A stretch of 64,000 nucleotides of DNA. Origin: Candidatus Cloacimonadales bacterium. Its GTDB lineage: Bacteria; Cloacimonadota; Cloacimonadia; Cloacimonadales; JAFGVF01. Under the pieces are notes generated by a model. That model was given only the letters and a program-made list of their open reading frames with translations, made no database searches and was not told the DNA's origin. Location of the stretch: positions 2,592,001-2,656,000 of the forward strand of contig OY759729.1 of the NCBI GenBank assembly GCA_963662585.1. The letters run 5' to 3'. A program made the translations under genes and the position numbers. This document shows, piece after piece, positions 40,295-49,565 of this stretch; position 1 is the stretch's first letter, and every line of letters begins with the position of its first letter.

Positions 40295-41818
40295 TTGAAA
40301 AAAATAATATATTTAATGCTCGTAGTAACTATCATAAGTGGTTGTAGTACATTTGTTAATCTTATTGAAGAAGATCATTCTTCTTTTAATTTAGTAGAAT
40401 CTTCCATAAGGACTAGTGATAATTCTTCTTATGAAGAAGAAGCTATAACAGTTGAAGAGTGTGAAGATGAAAGAGAAATTAATAACTTAGAACTAAACCA
40501 AAAACTATATAATTATCAAACAACAATAGACTCATTATATCGTGAGTTAGCAGATAAAGATGCCCACATTGATTCTTTGATTTTTGAGATAAGTAGATTA
40601 AAAGATAATATAATTATCACAGATGTAGGCTTCCCTTCTGAGATTGAATTTGCAGGACAGATCATTGATCTTTCGATAGAGAGGAATTTAGAGAGATTTG
40701 AAAAAGCTTATAATAGTGAATTAAAGTCTGCAGTCCGCTATATGCCTCGTTCAGGGCGCTATTTTGCTTTAATGGATTCTATCTTTACTCAAGCAGGTGT
40801 GCCTGTTGATACCAAGTACTTGGCTATTGCTGAGAGTAGATTAAGTTATCGTGCTCACTCTCCTATGGGGGCTGATGGGGTTTGGCAAATTATGCCAAAT
40901 ACAGGAAAGCACTACAAAATGCAGATTAATGATTTTGTGGACGAAAGACGAGATATTTATAAATCTACTGAAATTGCAGCTCGACTTTTAAATGATACAT
41001 ATCGTTATTTCTCTAATAAAGGTGCTGAAGATTGGTTGTTAGCTTATTGTGCATATAATGCCGGTATGGGTAATGTTAATAAGGTTCTACAAGCTCAAGG
41101 TGGTAGCAAATTTACTGATTTAATTTTCAAAACCCAAGAGACTAATGAATATGTTTGGAAAGCTATTGCTATCAAATATATTTTTGATAATGAAGAGAAA
41201 ATATTTGCTAAGAAGTTTGAGAGAGAAAAAGATATTCTCGAGGAAACAAAAGTTGTGCAAGTTACTCTTAATGGTCATTATAAGTTAGATGAGTGGGCAA
41301 AAGCTCAAGGAACAAATATTGGCACTGTTTATGAATTAAATCCCTGGATTAAGATCTATCGTCAAAGCAGACAGAAATATTCCGCAATTAATGATGTAGT
41401 ATTACCTGCAGGAAACCATAATATTCTTCTTCCTAGGGATGCTATTTCTGATACTGTAAAGGTTGCAGAACTTGAAAAACAGTTCTTAAATAAAAATGCT
41501 GGTTACTTTACTCATCATACTGTTAAAAAAGGTGATAATCTTTACGATATAGCAAGAAAATATAAAACAACTGTTAGCAAGATTAAACAACTTAATGGTA
41601 TGAACTCCAATATGATTCGCCCAGGTCAGAAACTAAAACTATATGGTAATGCTTCAAGCAATGGGGATGGTCTTTATACTGTCCAAAAAGGTGATTCTAT
41701 TAGCAGTATAAGCTCTAAACTCAAAGTGAAACAAAAAACTCTAATTAGCAAGAATAATTTGCAGAAAAATAAAAGTGGAGTAATTTTAATATATCCAGGA
41801 CAAAAATTAACTTACTAA
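40295..41818 (+). CDS. MltD-like lytic transglycosylase lipoprotein with two LysM domains
   Basis: Lipobox ISGC; AES, GVWQIM, AYNAG SLT motifs; HTVKKGDNL and YTVQKGDSI. Confidence 0.9.
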   Translation: MKKIIYLMLVVTIISGCSTFVNLIEEDHSSFNLVESSIRTSDNSSYEEEAITVEECEDEREINNLELNQKLYNYQTTIDSLYRELADKDAHIDSLIFEISRLKDNIIITDVGFPSEIEFAGQIIDLSIERNLERFEKAYNSELKSAVRYMPRSGRYFALMDSIFTQAGVPVDTKYLAIAESRLSYRAHSPMGADGVWQIMPNTGKHYKMQINDFVDERRDIYKSTEIAARLLNDTYRYFSNKGAEDWLLAYCAYNAGMGNVNKVLQAQGGSKFTDLIFKTQETNEYVWKAIAIKYIFDNEEKIFAKKFEREKDILEETKVVQVTLNGHYKLDEWAKAQGTNIGTVYELNPWIKIYRQSRQKYSAINDVVLPAGNHNILLPRDAISDTVKVAELEKQFLNKNAGYFTHHTVKKGDNLYDIARKYKTTVSKIKQLNGMNSNMIRPGQKLKLYGNASSNGDGLYTVQKGDSISSISSKLKVKQKTLISKNNLQKNKSGVILIYPGQKLTY

Positions 41819-41832
41819 ATAAAATAGATTTT

Positions 41833-41848
41833 TGGAAATTAAATTGCA
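41833..41848 (+). promoter_or_regulatory. Candidate sigma54 promoter of the PqqD operon
   Basis: TGGAAATTAAATTGCA, GG-N10-GC with the consensus TTGCA. Confidence 0.65.
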
Positions 41849-41901
41849 GGATAGCATGAGGTCAATAGTCTTAAATAAAAAATAACCAAAGAAGGTTCAC
41901 T

Positions 41902-42162
41902 ATGAAACGAGAAAAACTAACAGATTTAGCAATAAATCAAAGCGGGTTTATATTCGACCCAGCAACAGGTTATAGTTACAATGCAAATGAGACAGCAATT
42001 CAGATCATTAATCAACTTATAGATGGTATTGAAGTGGAGCAGATTGTGGCTCAGCTTACTGAAGAGTATGAAGTAGCCAGAGATGAAGCATTATCTGATG
42101 TTGAATATTTTTTAAGAGTTTTAGAAAACTACCATTTAGTGGAAAGACAAAATGTCTATTAA
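41902..42162 (+). CDS. PqqD-family / RiPP recognition element protein
   Basis: GFIFDPATGYSYNANETA...I...L.EEYEV...A.SDV..FL..L. Confidence 0.8.
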   Translation: MKREKLTDLAINQSGFIFDPATGYSYNANETAIQIINQLIDGIEVEQIVAQLTEEYEVARDEALSDVEYFLRVLENYHLVERQNVY

Positions 42163-43225
42163 TCTTAACCACCCTGATCTTGTAATCGCAGTTTCAGGAT
42201 TAAAAACTGGCGATAATCCTCAACCAGGTGTTCCAATAATTCGCAGTATTCGTAATGCCGGTTTTAAAGGAAAGATAGTCGGACTTATTTATGATAATTT
42301 AGAATCAGGTATTTATTATCCTAATTTAGCTCAAGAAATTTATCAGATGCCTTATCCTTCAGAAGGAAAAGACGCAATTCTAAGCAGAATAGATTATATT
42401 CTTACCAAAACTAAGATTGATGTTCTTATCCCAACTCTAGATTCAGAAATCATTGGTTATATTAGATTAGAAAAAGAACTCAAAGCCAGAGGGATTAGAA
42501 CTTATTTACCAAGTGAAGATCAGTTAATTTTACGCGATAAAGCTAAAATTTTCAAAACATTCCCAGAGAAAGGGATTGCAGTTCCTAAAACAGAGTTCTT
42601 GGTAGATGCAGGTAAGATTTTTGATTTAGAAAAAGAAATTAAATTTCCTGTCTTCATTAAAGGAAATCTTTATGAAGCATACCAAGCGAATAATATTAAT
42701 GAAGCAATTTACTACTTTAATTTAATTAGGGACAAATGGGGATTACCTGTTTTAGCTCAAGAAAAAGTCGAAGGCGATGAGTTTAATGTATCCTTAGTCG
42801 GAGATGGTAAAGGTAATATTTTAGGAATGATTCCGCAAAGAAAGCTCATTATCACAGACAAGGGTAAAGGTTTTGGGGGCGTTGTTGTTAACAACAAAAA
42901 GCTTAATGAATTCACTAAAAATGTTATAGCTACCTTAAAGTGGCAAGGTCCTTGCGAATTGGAATTAATAAAAGATGATGAAGATAATTTCTTTTTAATA
43001 GAAATTAATCCCCGCTTCCCAGCTTGGATCAGATTAGCCGAAGGGGCAGGACAAAATCTTCCTGCTATGGTGGTTAAGTTAGCTTTAGGTGAAGAAGTAG
43101 AGGCTTTTACCAGCTATAAAGTCGGTACAATGTTTATCAGACATGCTGAAGATATTATTGCTGATATTAATGAAATGGGACAATTATCAGCTATGGGAGA
43201 ATTAATCAGAGGAGAAAAAAAATGA
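42152..43225 (+). CDS. ATP-grasp ligase (carboxylate-amine ligase-like)
   Basis: DK, VPKT, FPVFIKG, QEKVEGDEF, ELE, IEINPRF. Confidence 0.85.
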   Translation: MSINLNHPDLVIAVSGLKTGDNPQPGVPIIRSIRNAGFKGKIVGLIYDNLESGIYYPNLAQEIYQMPYPSEGKDAILSRIDYILTKTKIDVLIPTLDSEIIGYIRLEKELKARGIRTYLPSEDQLILRDKAKIFKTFPEKGIAVPKTEFLVDAGKIFDLEKEIKFPVFIKGNLYEAYQANNINEAIYYFNLIRDKWGLPVLAQEKVEGDEFNVSLVGDGKGNILGMIPQRKLIITDKGKGFGGVVVNNKKLNEFTKNVIATLKWQGPCELELIKDDEDNFFLIEINPRFPAWIRLAEGAGQNLPAMVVKLALGEEVEAFTSYKVGTMFIRHAEDIIADINEMGQLSAMGELIRGEKK

Positions 43226-44574
43226 GAAAAAAATACAATCCACCTAGGATATTGAGAAATCAAGCAGGACTCAGCAACAAAATTGCTTATAATAAAAATG
43301 CTATAAATTTTCAGGACAGAATAGAAGGGATACCTGTAAAGACTTTAACAGAGAAATATGGTTCTCCTCTTTTTGTTTATTCAGAAGCTAAAATTAGAGA
43401 TAGTTATAGAGAATTGAATTCCATTATTAAAAAATTCTACAGTAATAGTGAAGTATCTTGGTCTTACAAGACTAATTACTTGGGAGCGATTTGTTCTATC
43501 TTCCATCAAGAAGGTGCTAAGGCTGAAATTGTTAGTATAATGGAATATGAGATGGCAAAACACCTTGGTATTAAAGGTGAAGATATAATTTTTAACGGAC
43601 CAGGAAAGAGAAAAGATGACTTATTGAGAGTTGTTGAAGATGGTGTTGCAGTTCATATTGACCATTTTCAAGAGTTAATCATGATGGAAGAGGTTGCTGA
43701 AGAGTTGGGAATTAGACCAAAAGTTGCTATTAGAGTTAATATGGATACAGGAATCTATCCTCAATGGCAAAGATTTGGTTTTAATTATGATAACGGAGAA
43801 GCTTATAGAACTCTGCAGAGATTGATCCAAGGCAATAAGTTAGATTTAACAGGACTTCATGCTCATATTGGTACTTTTATGCTTGATGCTAATCCTTATT
43901 ATATCTCGGCATCAAAACTTTTAGAATTGGCTCAAAGAGTGAAAGATAATTTTGGAATTGTAGTAGATTACATAGATCTAGGTGGTGGATTTGCTTCTAA
44001 TAATACTCTGCATAATCAATACACACCAGGTGAATTTTCTTCTCCAAGCTTTGATCAATATGCTACTGCTATTGGAAAAGCCTTCAATGAATCTAAATTT
44101 GCTAAAGATGAAGAACCAAAGCTTATTCTTGAGACTGGTAGAGTGTTAGTTGATGAAGCAGGGACTCTCATAACTCAAGTTTTAGGTAAAAGAGATTTAC
44201 CAACAGGAGAAAGAGCTGTTGTTATCGATGCAGGTGTTAATATTTTATTCACTACCTGGTGGTATAATCTTAAAATACTTCCAGCTCAACCTGTATCAGG
44301 TACTTCCTTACCTACAATATTCTATGGCCCTTTATGTATGAATATTGATATTGTTAAACACTCAACTCCTTATCCTGATCTTAAAGTGGGCGACCAATTA
44401 ATAGTTTTCCCTGTAGGTGCATATAATGTAACTCAGTGGATGCAGTTTATTGAATATCGTCCTGGTGTATGCTTAATCTCTGAAACAGGTGATGTAAATT
44501 TAATCAGAGAAAGAGAAGGTTTAAGCGATATTAATACTAGAGAAAAAATACCGGAATACTTAAGGATTGTTTAG
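43222..44574 (+). CDS. PLP-dependent fold III decarboxylase (LysA/ODC-like, substrate unknown)
   Basis: YGSPLFVY, WSYKTN (PLP lysine), HAHIG, DLGGGF, ETGR, GPLCMNID, GAY. Confidence 0.85.
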   Translation: MRKKYNPPRILRNQAGLSNKIAYNKNAINFQDRIEGIPVKTLTEKYGSPLFVYSEAKIRDSYRELNSIIKKFYSNSEVSWSYKTNYLGAICSIFHQEGAKAEIVSIMEYEMAKHLGIKGEDIIFNGPGKRKDDLLRVVEDGVAVHIDHFQELIMMEEVAEELGIRPKVAIRVNMDTGIYPQWQRFGFNYDNGEAYRTLQRLIQGNKLDLTGLHAHIGTFMLDANPYYISASKLLELAQRVKDNFGIVVDYIDLGGGFASNNTLHNQYTPGEFSSPSFDQYATAIGKAFNESKFAKDEEPKLILETGRVLVDEAGTLITQVLGKRDLPTGERAVVIDAGVNILFTTWWYNLKILPAQPVSGTSLPTIFYGPLCMNIDIVKHSTPYPDLKVGDQLIVFPVGAYNVTQWMQFIEYRPGVCLISETGDVNLIREREGLSDINTREKIPEYLRIV

Positions 44575-46745
44575 TGACTGCTATTCTTAATGCCACTAAA
44601 AATCTTGGGTACTCTTTAATAAATTCTTATTCCTCTATCCTTTTCAGTGAGAAAAGGATAGTAGGAATATTGATTTTACTAAGTACTTTAATTGAACCTT
44701 TAACCGGAATAACAGGAGCTTTGGGTGGCTTAGTTGCCATCTTTTTTGCCAGAATTTTAAATTTTGAAGATTGGACATCTAAAACAGGGATACTTGGTTT
44801 TAACAGTATGCTAGTGTGCCTTGGGGTAGGATTTTTCATGCCCAATGAGTTACTTTGGACATCAACTTACTGGCTAATACTCTTTGGTAGCTCCCTAATT
44901 ACCCTGCTCTTGTTCATTACACTGAATTATCTGACAACAACTTATCTTAACATGCCTTCAATGAGTATTTCCTTCTCTATTGTGGCTATCCTATTATCTT
45001 TTTTCATCATGAGAATCGGAGAAGTTACAGCAGTTCAAGATAGATTCAGTTTCTTTAGTAATGAAATGTTTGATACCAATCTTATTACCTACTATTTTCA
45101 AAGCTTGGGAAGTATTTTCTTCTCACCCTATATAATTTCAGGTATTCTAGTTGTTATAGCTCTTATTCTTACTTCTCGGATTGGCTTTTTATTAAGTCTG
45201 ATGGGTTTCGGAATAAGTTATTATCTTGTATCTATTTTCAATACAGATTATTTAGAAACCATTGGCTTATATCAAATCTCTTATACAGCCTTTAACTTGA
45301 TGCTTATAGCTATTAGTCTCGGTGGAGTTTTTTTAATTCCCTCCCTTACTTCCTATATCATAGCAGGTTTTGCTTGTGTTTTAGGTTTCATTATAACCTA
45401 TGCTTTTCAATTCTTGTTTGAGAATTATTTCGTAGCTCCTTATGCTTTTCCGATGAATATTACAGTGATAGTAATAGTAATTGCCTTGAGATTACGACTT
45501 CAGGATAAGCATCCTAATATGGCTAATTTTGGGATATTTGTTCCGGAAGATAATCTAAAATACTACTATTCTAAGATGAGAAGATTCTATCAAGCTGATG
45601 GACTTCAATTCTACTTACCTTTTGTGGGAGAATGGATTATTACTCAAGGTAATCAAGGCGATATCACTCATAAACTCCAATGGGCTTATGCTTGGGATTT
45701 TGAAATAGCTAATCGAGAAGGTCAGACTTACCGAGGTGACGGAACTCAAACTCAAGATTTTTACTGTTATGGAAAACCTGTATTAGCTTCTGCGAATGGC
45801 TGGGTAGTGAATTTTGTTGATGGGATTGAAGATAATCCTATTGGTCAGATAAACACTAGAGAAAACTGGGGTAATTTCGTAGTTATTAGTCATGGTTTTG
45901 GGATCTTTTCCATGTATTGCCATATCAAAAAAGGAACAATTAAAGTAAAGAATGGTGAATGGCTTGCTAAGGGTGATAAGCTCGGTCTAGTAGGGAATTC
46001 TGGAAGATCAGCTGTTCCTCATCTACATTTTAATGTGCAAAGAGGAGCAGAACCAGGAAGTCAAACTATCAAATCACAACTTCTTAACTATAAAATGAGA
46101 GATGAAAAATTATCATTCAAGGCCTTTGGAATACCAGGAAAAGGAGATATAGTTTCTGCCTTGATTCCTGTGAATTATCTTCAAGATTTACTTCATCTTA
46201 AAGTAGAGGATAGCTCAACCTTCAAAGTAAAATGCGGAGATAAAGAGTTCCTTGAAAAATGGATTGTGGAAGTAGATCTCTTTGGTAAATTCTTTATCAA
46301 ATCTGACAGAAAGTCTTCTTTAGAATTTTCTGTTTATGATGGTATTTTTAATGTATTAGATTTTCAAGGTAACTCCAAGAGTGCTCTCCAAGCTTTAGCT
46401 ATCTTGATGAGCAGACTTCCGCTTTACAAAGAAGAAGAAGGAATCGAATGGAGTGATTTACCTCCTTATTCTATAATGCTAAAACCTTTCTGGGAAAATA
46501 GCTTCATGTTGTTACAGTCCATAGCTAACATATCATTGTTAAAGAGCAAGTCATTTGCTAAAATGGAAAATGAAACAATAATTGTTGCTACTAACACAGA
46601 TTTGAGTATAATGGGTAAGCAAGTGAAATCCTATAGTGGTAAAGTAGAGATTAAAGATTTGATTGGCTTTACTAAAATGGAATTAAATCTGAATGATAAA
46701 GAAATTATGACAGTAGAGTTGGTAGAAGAAGAAATTGAGAATTGA
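44574..46745 (+). CDS. Urea transporter-like membrane domain fused to an M23 peptidase-like domain
   Basis: About 10 TM helices with GFNS...G and FN...AI.LGG; soluble part with TH...AWDF, YCHI, GNSGRSAVPHLH. Confidence 0.75.
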   Translation: MTAILNATKNLGYSLINSYSSILFSEKRIVGILILLSTLIEPLTGITGALGGLVAIFFARILNFEDWTSKTGILGFNSMLVCLGVGFFMPNELLWTSTYWLILFGSSLITLLLFITLNYLTTTYLNMPSMSISFSIVAILLSFFIMRIGEVTAVQDRFSFFSNEMFDTNLITYYFQSLGSIFFSPYIISGILVVIALILTSRIGFLLSLMGFGISYYLVSIFNTDYLETIGLYQISYTAFNLMLIAISLGGVFLIPSLTSYIIAGFACVLGFIITYAFQFLFENYFVAPYAFPMNITVIVIVIALRLRLQDKHPNMANFGIFVPEDNLKYYYSKMRRFYQADGLQFYLPFVGEWIITQGNQGDITHKLQWAYAWDFEIANREGQTYRGDGTQTQDFYCYGKPVLASANGWVVNFVDGIEDNPIGQINTRENWGNFVVISHGFGIFSMYCHIKKGTIKVKNGEWLAKGDKLGLVGNSGRSAVPHLHFNVQRGAEPGSQTIKSQLLNYKMRDEKLSFKAFGIPGKGDIVSALIPVNYLQDLLHLKVEDSSTFKVKCGDKEFLEKWIVEVDLFGKFFIKSDRKSSLEFSVYDGIFNVLDFQGNSKSALQALAILMSRLPLYKEEEGIEWSDLPPYSIMLKPFWENSFMLLQSIANISLLKSKSFAKMENETIIVATNTDLSIMGKQVKSYSGKVEIKDLIGFTKMELNLNDKEIMTVELVEEEIEN

Positions 46746-46870
46746 TGACATAGAGAGATGGAGAGAAAAATTGACCCTGGGTAAAGAGTAGCTACCAAAA
46801 AATTACCCTGTCTTGTGAAGGCGAAGCATTAGGGTAGACTCAAAGGGTTTAATAGAAAAAATGAGGGAAA

Positions 46871-47479
46871 ATGAAAAAAATATTAATTATAATTATGTTA
46901 TTTGCTATTACAGCAGGATTATTGGCGACTACAAAAGTAGATGAATTAGTGGAGAAATCTTATGAGTATGAAAATAAGGGTGATTATCAGCAAGCCTTAA
47001 CAAATATGTTTGCTGTTACTCATTTAGCCCCTTCTGATGCCTACTATAATCTTAGAACTGGCTGGCTTTATTATGCTTTATATAACTATACAGATGCCTT
47101 GAAATACTACACCATTAGTTATAATATTGATCAGAACTTTGAATCTCTAGAAGGAATTGTCGTAAGTAATTATATGATAGGCAACTGGGATAATACCATA
47201 GAATATGGGAAAAAAGTCTTAGCAATAACTCCCAAGAACTTTCTTAATCTGGCAAAAATAGCTTATAGTTATTATGCTAAAGAAGATTGGGTAAATGCTT
47301 CTCTCTATTACGGAAAAGCATGTGAAATATATAGTTATAATATCTCTTGTTTAGCTTATTACCTAAGTTCACTCGTTAATAATAATCAGCTCAAAGAAGC
47401 AAAATTAGTCTTTCAAAAACTTAAGAAGTTAAACCCAAGTAATGAATTTATAAAGCTATATGAGAATCAGTTTAAATAG
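46871..47479 (+). CDS. Periplasmic TPR protein
   Basis: Signal peptide; repeated G...A...Y TPR helices. Confidence 0.75.
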   Translation: MKKILIIIMLFAITAGLLATTKVDELVEKSYEYENKGDYQQALTNMFAVTHLAPSDAYYNLRTGWLYYALYNYTDALKYYTISYNIDQNFESLEGIVVSNYMIGNWDNTIEYGKKVLAITPKNFLNLAKIAYSYYAKEDWVNASLYYGKACEIYSYNISCLAYYLSSLVNNNQLKEAKLVFQKLKKLNPSNEFIKLYENQFK

Positions 47480-48650
47480 ATTCTTAGCAATATTAACTTT
47501 AATCTTTTTTACTTCTCTATTCTCTTCAACAGTAGAAGAGGCTAAACGAAACTTAGATTTGGGCTACTTCGTCATTTCGGAATATCTTTATAATGATTTA
47601 GTAGAGGCTGGGCAGGTAGATGAAGAAGTTTTAGTTGGCTTATCGCTAAGTTTAATAAATCAAGGCAAATACCAAGAGATGATAGCTTTGTCTAAGGGGT
47701 ATACTTGTAATAGTGCTATTTATCAGCGTAATATTGCTTATGCTTATTTCGTAACTGGTGAATATCAAAGAAGTTATTTCTATTATAATAAAGCTGTTAG
47801 AGAAGATGAATCTTCTCTTCTTGATATTTCTGGACGGGGCTGGTCTGCCTATTATTTAGGTAAGTTCTCTCTTGCTCACGATGATTTTAAAGTAATAAAT
47901 AATTCAGAATATAAAAATTCTATTTATGATGGAAGTAATAGTTTAAAGCAATATTGGAAGAATAACTATAGTGGAGTATATGTAATTTACAGTGAAGAGA
48001 AAACTAATCTTAACTTTAACTATAGTCTCCATTTCTATAATTTTAGTATGGGAATAAATTATAATCAAAATAGAACTGATGAAAGCAATAGAGAAATGAT
48101 AACCCTTAGTTCCAGTTTTAAATCTGGAAAATTCTCATTAGATTTTTCTTCAATGAATGCTAAGGGAGATTATAAGAAGCTGTATGATGGATATGGTCTG
48201 GCTATAAAGGTAAACTATCTTATGATGCCTAAATATTTTCAAAGTAATATTTCTTTCCTTGGGGGATATAGCTATTTTGAATCGGTATCCTCGCAACAAG
48301 GCAGACTAGATGTAGGATTTAATACACAGAGATTTGGTATGAGTTCTGGACTTAGTTATCTTTATTTAGACTATATTACTCCTGATTATGACCAAGAAGA
48401 AATTCTCTATCATGGATCAATCTATTATAAAATAATTCCTGCTTTAACTATTGATTATAAAATAAACTTGGGGAGAGGTCATTTTGCTTATAATGAATAT
48501 TTAATCCCCTATGATGATTATGCAATTGAGAATTTATGGCATAGTGTAGGAGTTACTGGTAGAATCAAGAATATATCTCTGTATCTTAATTATATGAATC
48601 AAGATTTAGAAGTTGATAATATGGGAGCAGGAGTTGCTTATGTTTTTTAG
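47460..48650 (+). CDS. TPR plus putative outer-membrane beta-barrel protein
   Basis: Signal peptide, N-terminal TPRs, Tyr/Gly-rich alternating strands, terminal AGVAYVF. Confidence 0.65.
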   Translation: MRISLNRFLAILTLIFFTSLFSSTVEEAKRNLDLGYFVISEYLYNDLVEAGQVDEEVLVGLSLSLINQGKYQEMIALSKGYTCNSAIYQRNIAYAYFVTGEYQRSYFYYNKAVREDESSLLDISGRGWSAYYLGKFSLAHDDFKVINNSEYKNSIYDGSNSLKQYWKNNYSGVYVIYSEEKTNLNFNYSLHFYNFSMGINYNQNRTDESNREMITLSSSFKSGKFSLDFSSMNAKGDYKKLYDGYGLAIKVNYLMMPKYFQSNISFLGGYSYFESVSSQQGRLDVGFNTQRFGMSSGLSYLYLDYITPDYDQEEILYHGSIYYKIIPALTIDYKINLGRGHFAYNEYLIPYDDYAIENLWHSVGVTGRIKNISLYLNYMNQDLEVDNMGAGVAYVF

Positions 48651-49551
48651 ATTCATAATTATGTCTCTTCTTCTACTGAGTATTTTTGGCTGTAATTTGC
48701 GTGAAGATAATACCTTACCTTCTGGCCTTTCTCCCTTTGAACTAATTGATGATGCTATCTATATAACTGGAGAGGGCTTATATGCAACTTCTAAAGATAA
48801 CACGAATATCTTGGTAAGTCAAGAAGAAAGTAGTGGTTTTGAATTTGTTACCGAATCCTATAATTTCACCCCAAGTTCTCAAAGCTACTATATTAGTGTA
48901 GTTGATGATAATGAAGAAATAATTGAAGTGGAAGATTTCTTCCCTCTTCTTGCATTACCCACTGAAGAATTTACATATCTTGGTTTTAAGTATCAAGGTG
49001 ATTATGAAAGATTTTATCCTTACCCTAAATCAGCTTCGATTAATGGATATGGGGCTTATTATGAAAGAGACTTCTCTTATTTCTTGTTAACTGATAATGG
49101 CTTTTATCAGACTGTGAGTGAATCTGTTTCACATTCTACTGTTACAGTTGAAATTAATCCTACTGAAACAACAGATGCTAATGTCTCACTCTATCAAGCT
49201 CAATTTGTTATTCCTAGAAAGCTAATCCCAATGGGAGTTCAACGAATAAGCCTAGAAAAAGTAGAGTCTGATAATCTTACTGAGTATAACTTATCCCTTT
49301 TAAATTTACCTGTAATGTTTAATATTATTCAAAACAACCCAGAAGCTGAGAGGAATCCTATTCTCTATCTTCCAGTTCCTCCCGATACAGATATATCTAA
49401 TATTCTTGTGAAACAAATTCTTCCTGATCACAGAGAAGTTGTTTTAAACTACAGTGAAGAAGTTGATTCTTATAACCAATACACTTACTATGGAAATACA
49501 ATAATTATCCCTGTCAATAATCAAGGGAAATTTATTATAAACGAACAATAA
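48640..49551 (+). CDS. Hypothetical lipoprotein
   Basis: MFFRFIIMSLLLLSIFGC lipobox; the ATG at 48640 overlaps the upstream gene. Confidence 0.7.
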   Translation: MFFRFIIMSLLLLSIFGCNLREDNTLPSGLSPFELIDDAIYITGEGLYATSKDNTNILVSQEESSGFEFVTESYNFTPSSQSYYISVVDDNEEIIEVEDFFPLLALPTEEFTYLGFKYQGDYERFYPYPKSASINGYGAYYERDFSYFLLTDNGFYQTVSESVSHSTVTVEINPTETTDANVSLYQAQFVIPRKLIPMGVQRISLEKVESDNLTEYNLSLLNLPVMFNIIQNNPEAERNPILYLPVPPDTDISNILVKQILPDHREVVLNYSEEVDSYNQYTYYGNTIIIPVNNQGKFIINEQ

Positions 49552-49565
49552 TTTGGAGAAAATAT

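Noticed and set aside
43222..44574. Assigning the symbol lysA
   Set aside because: The fold is clear, but the context and divergent motifs (WSYKTN, CMNID) leave the substrate undetermined.
46746..46870. RiPP precursor ORF or regulatory RNA inside the PqqD cluster
   Set aside because: Only very short ORFs (about 8-15 codons) with no convincing RBS; the faint similarity to 3450-3505 is too weak to call.
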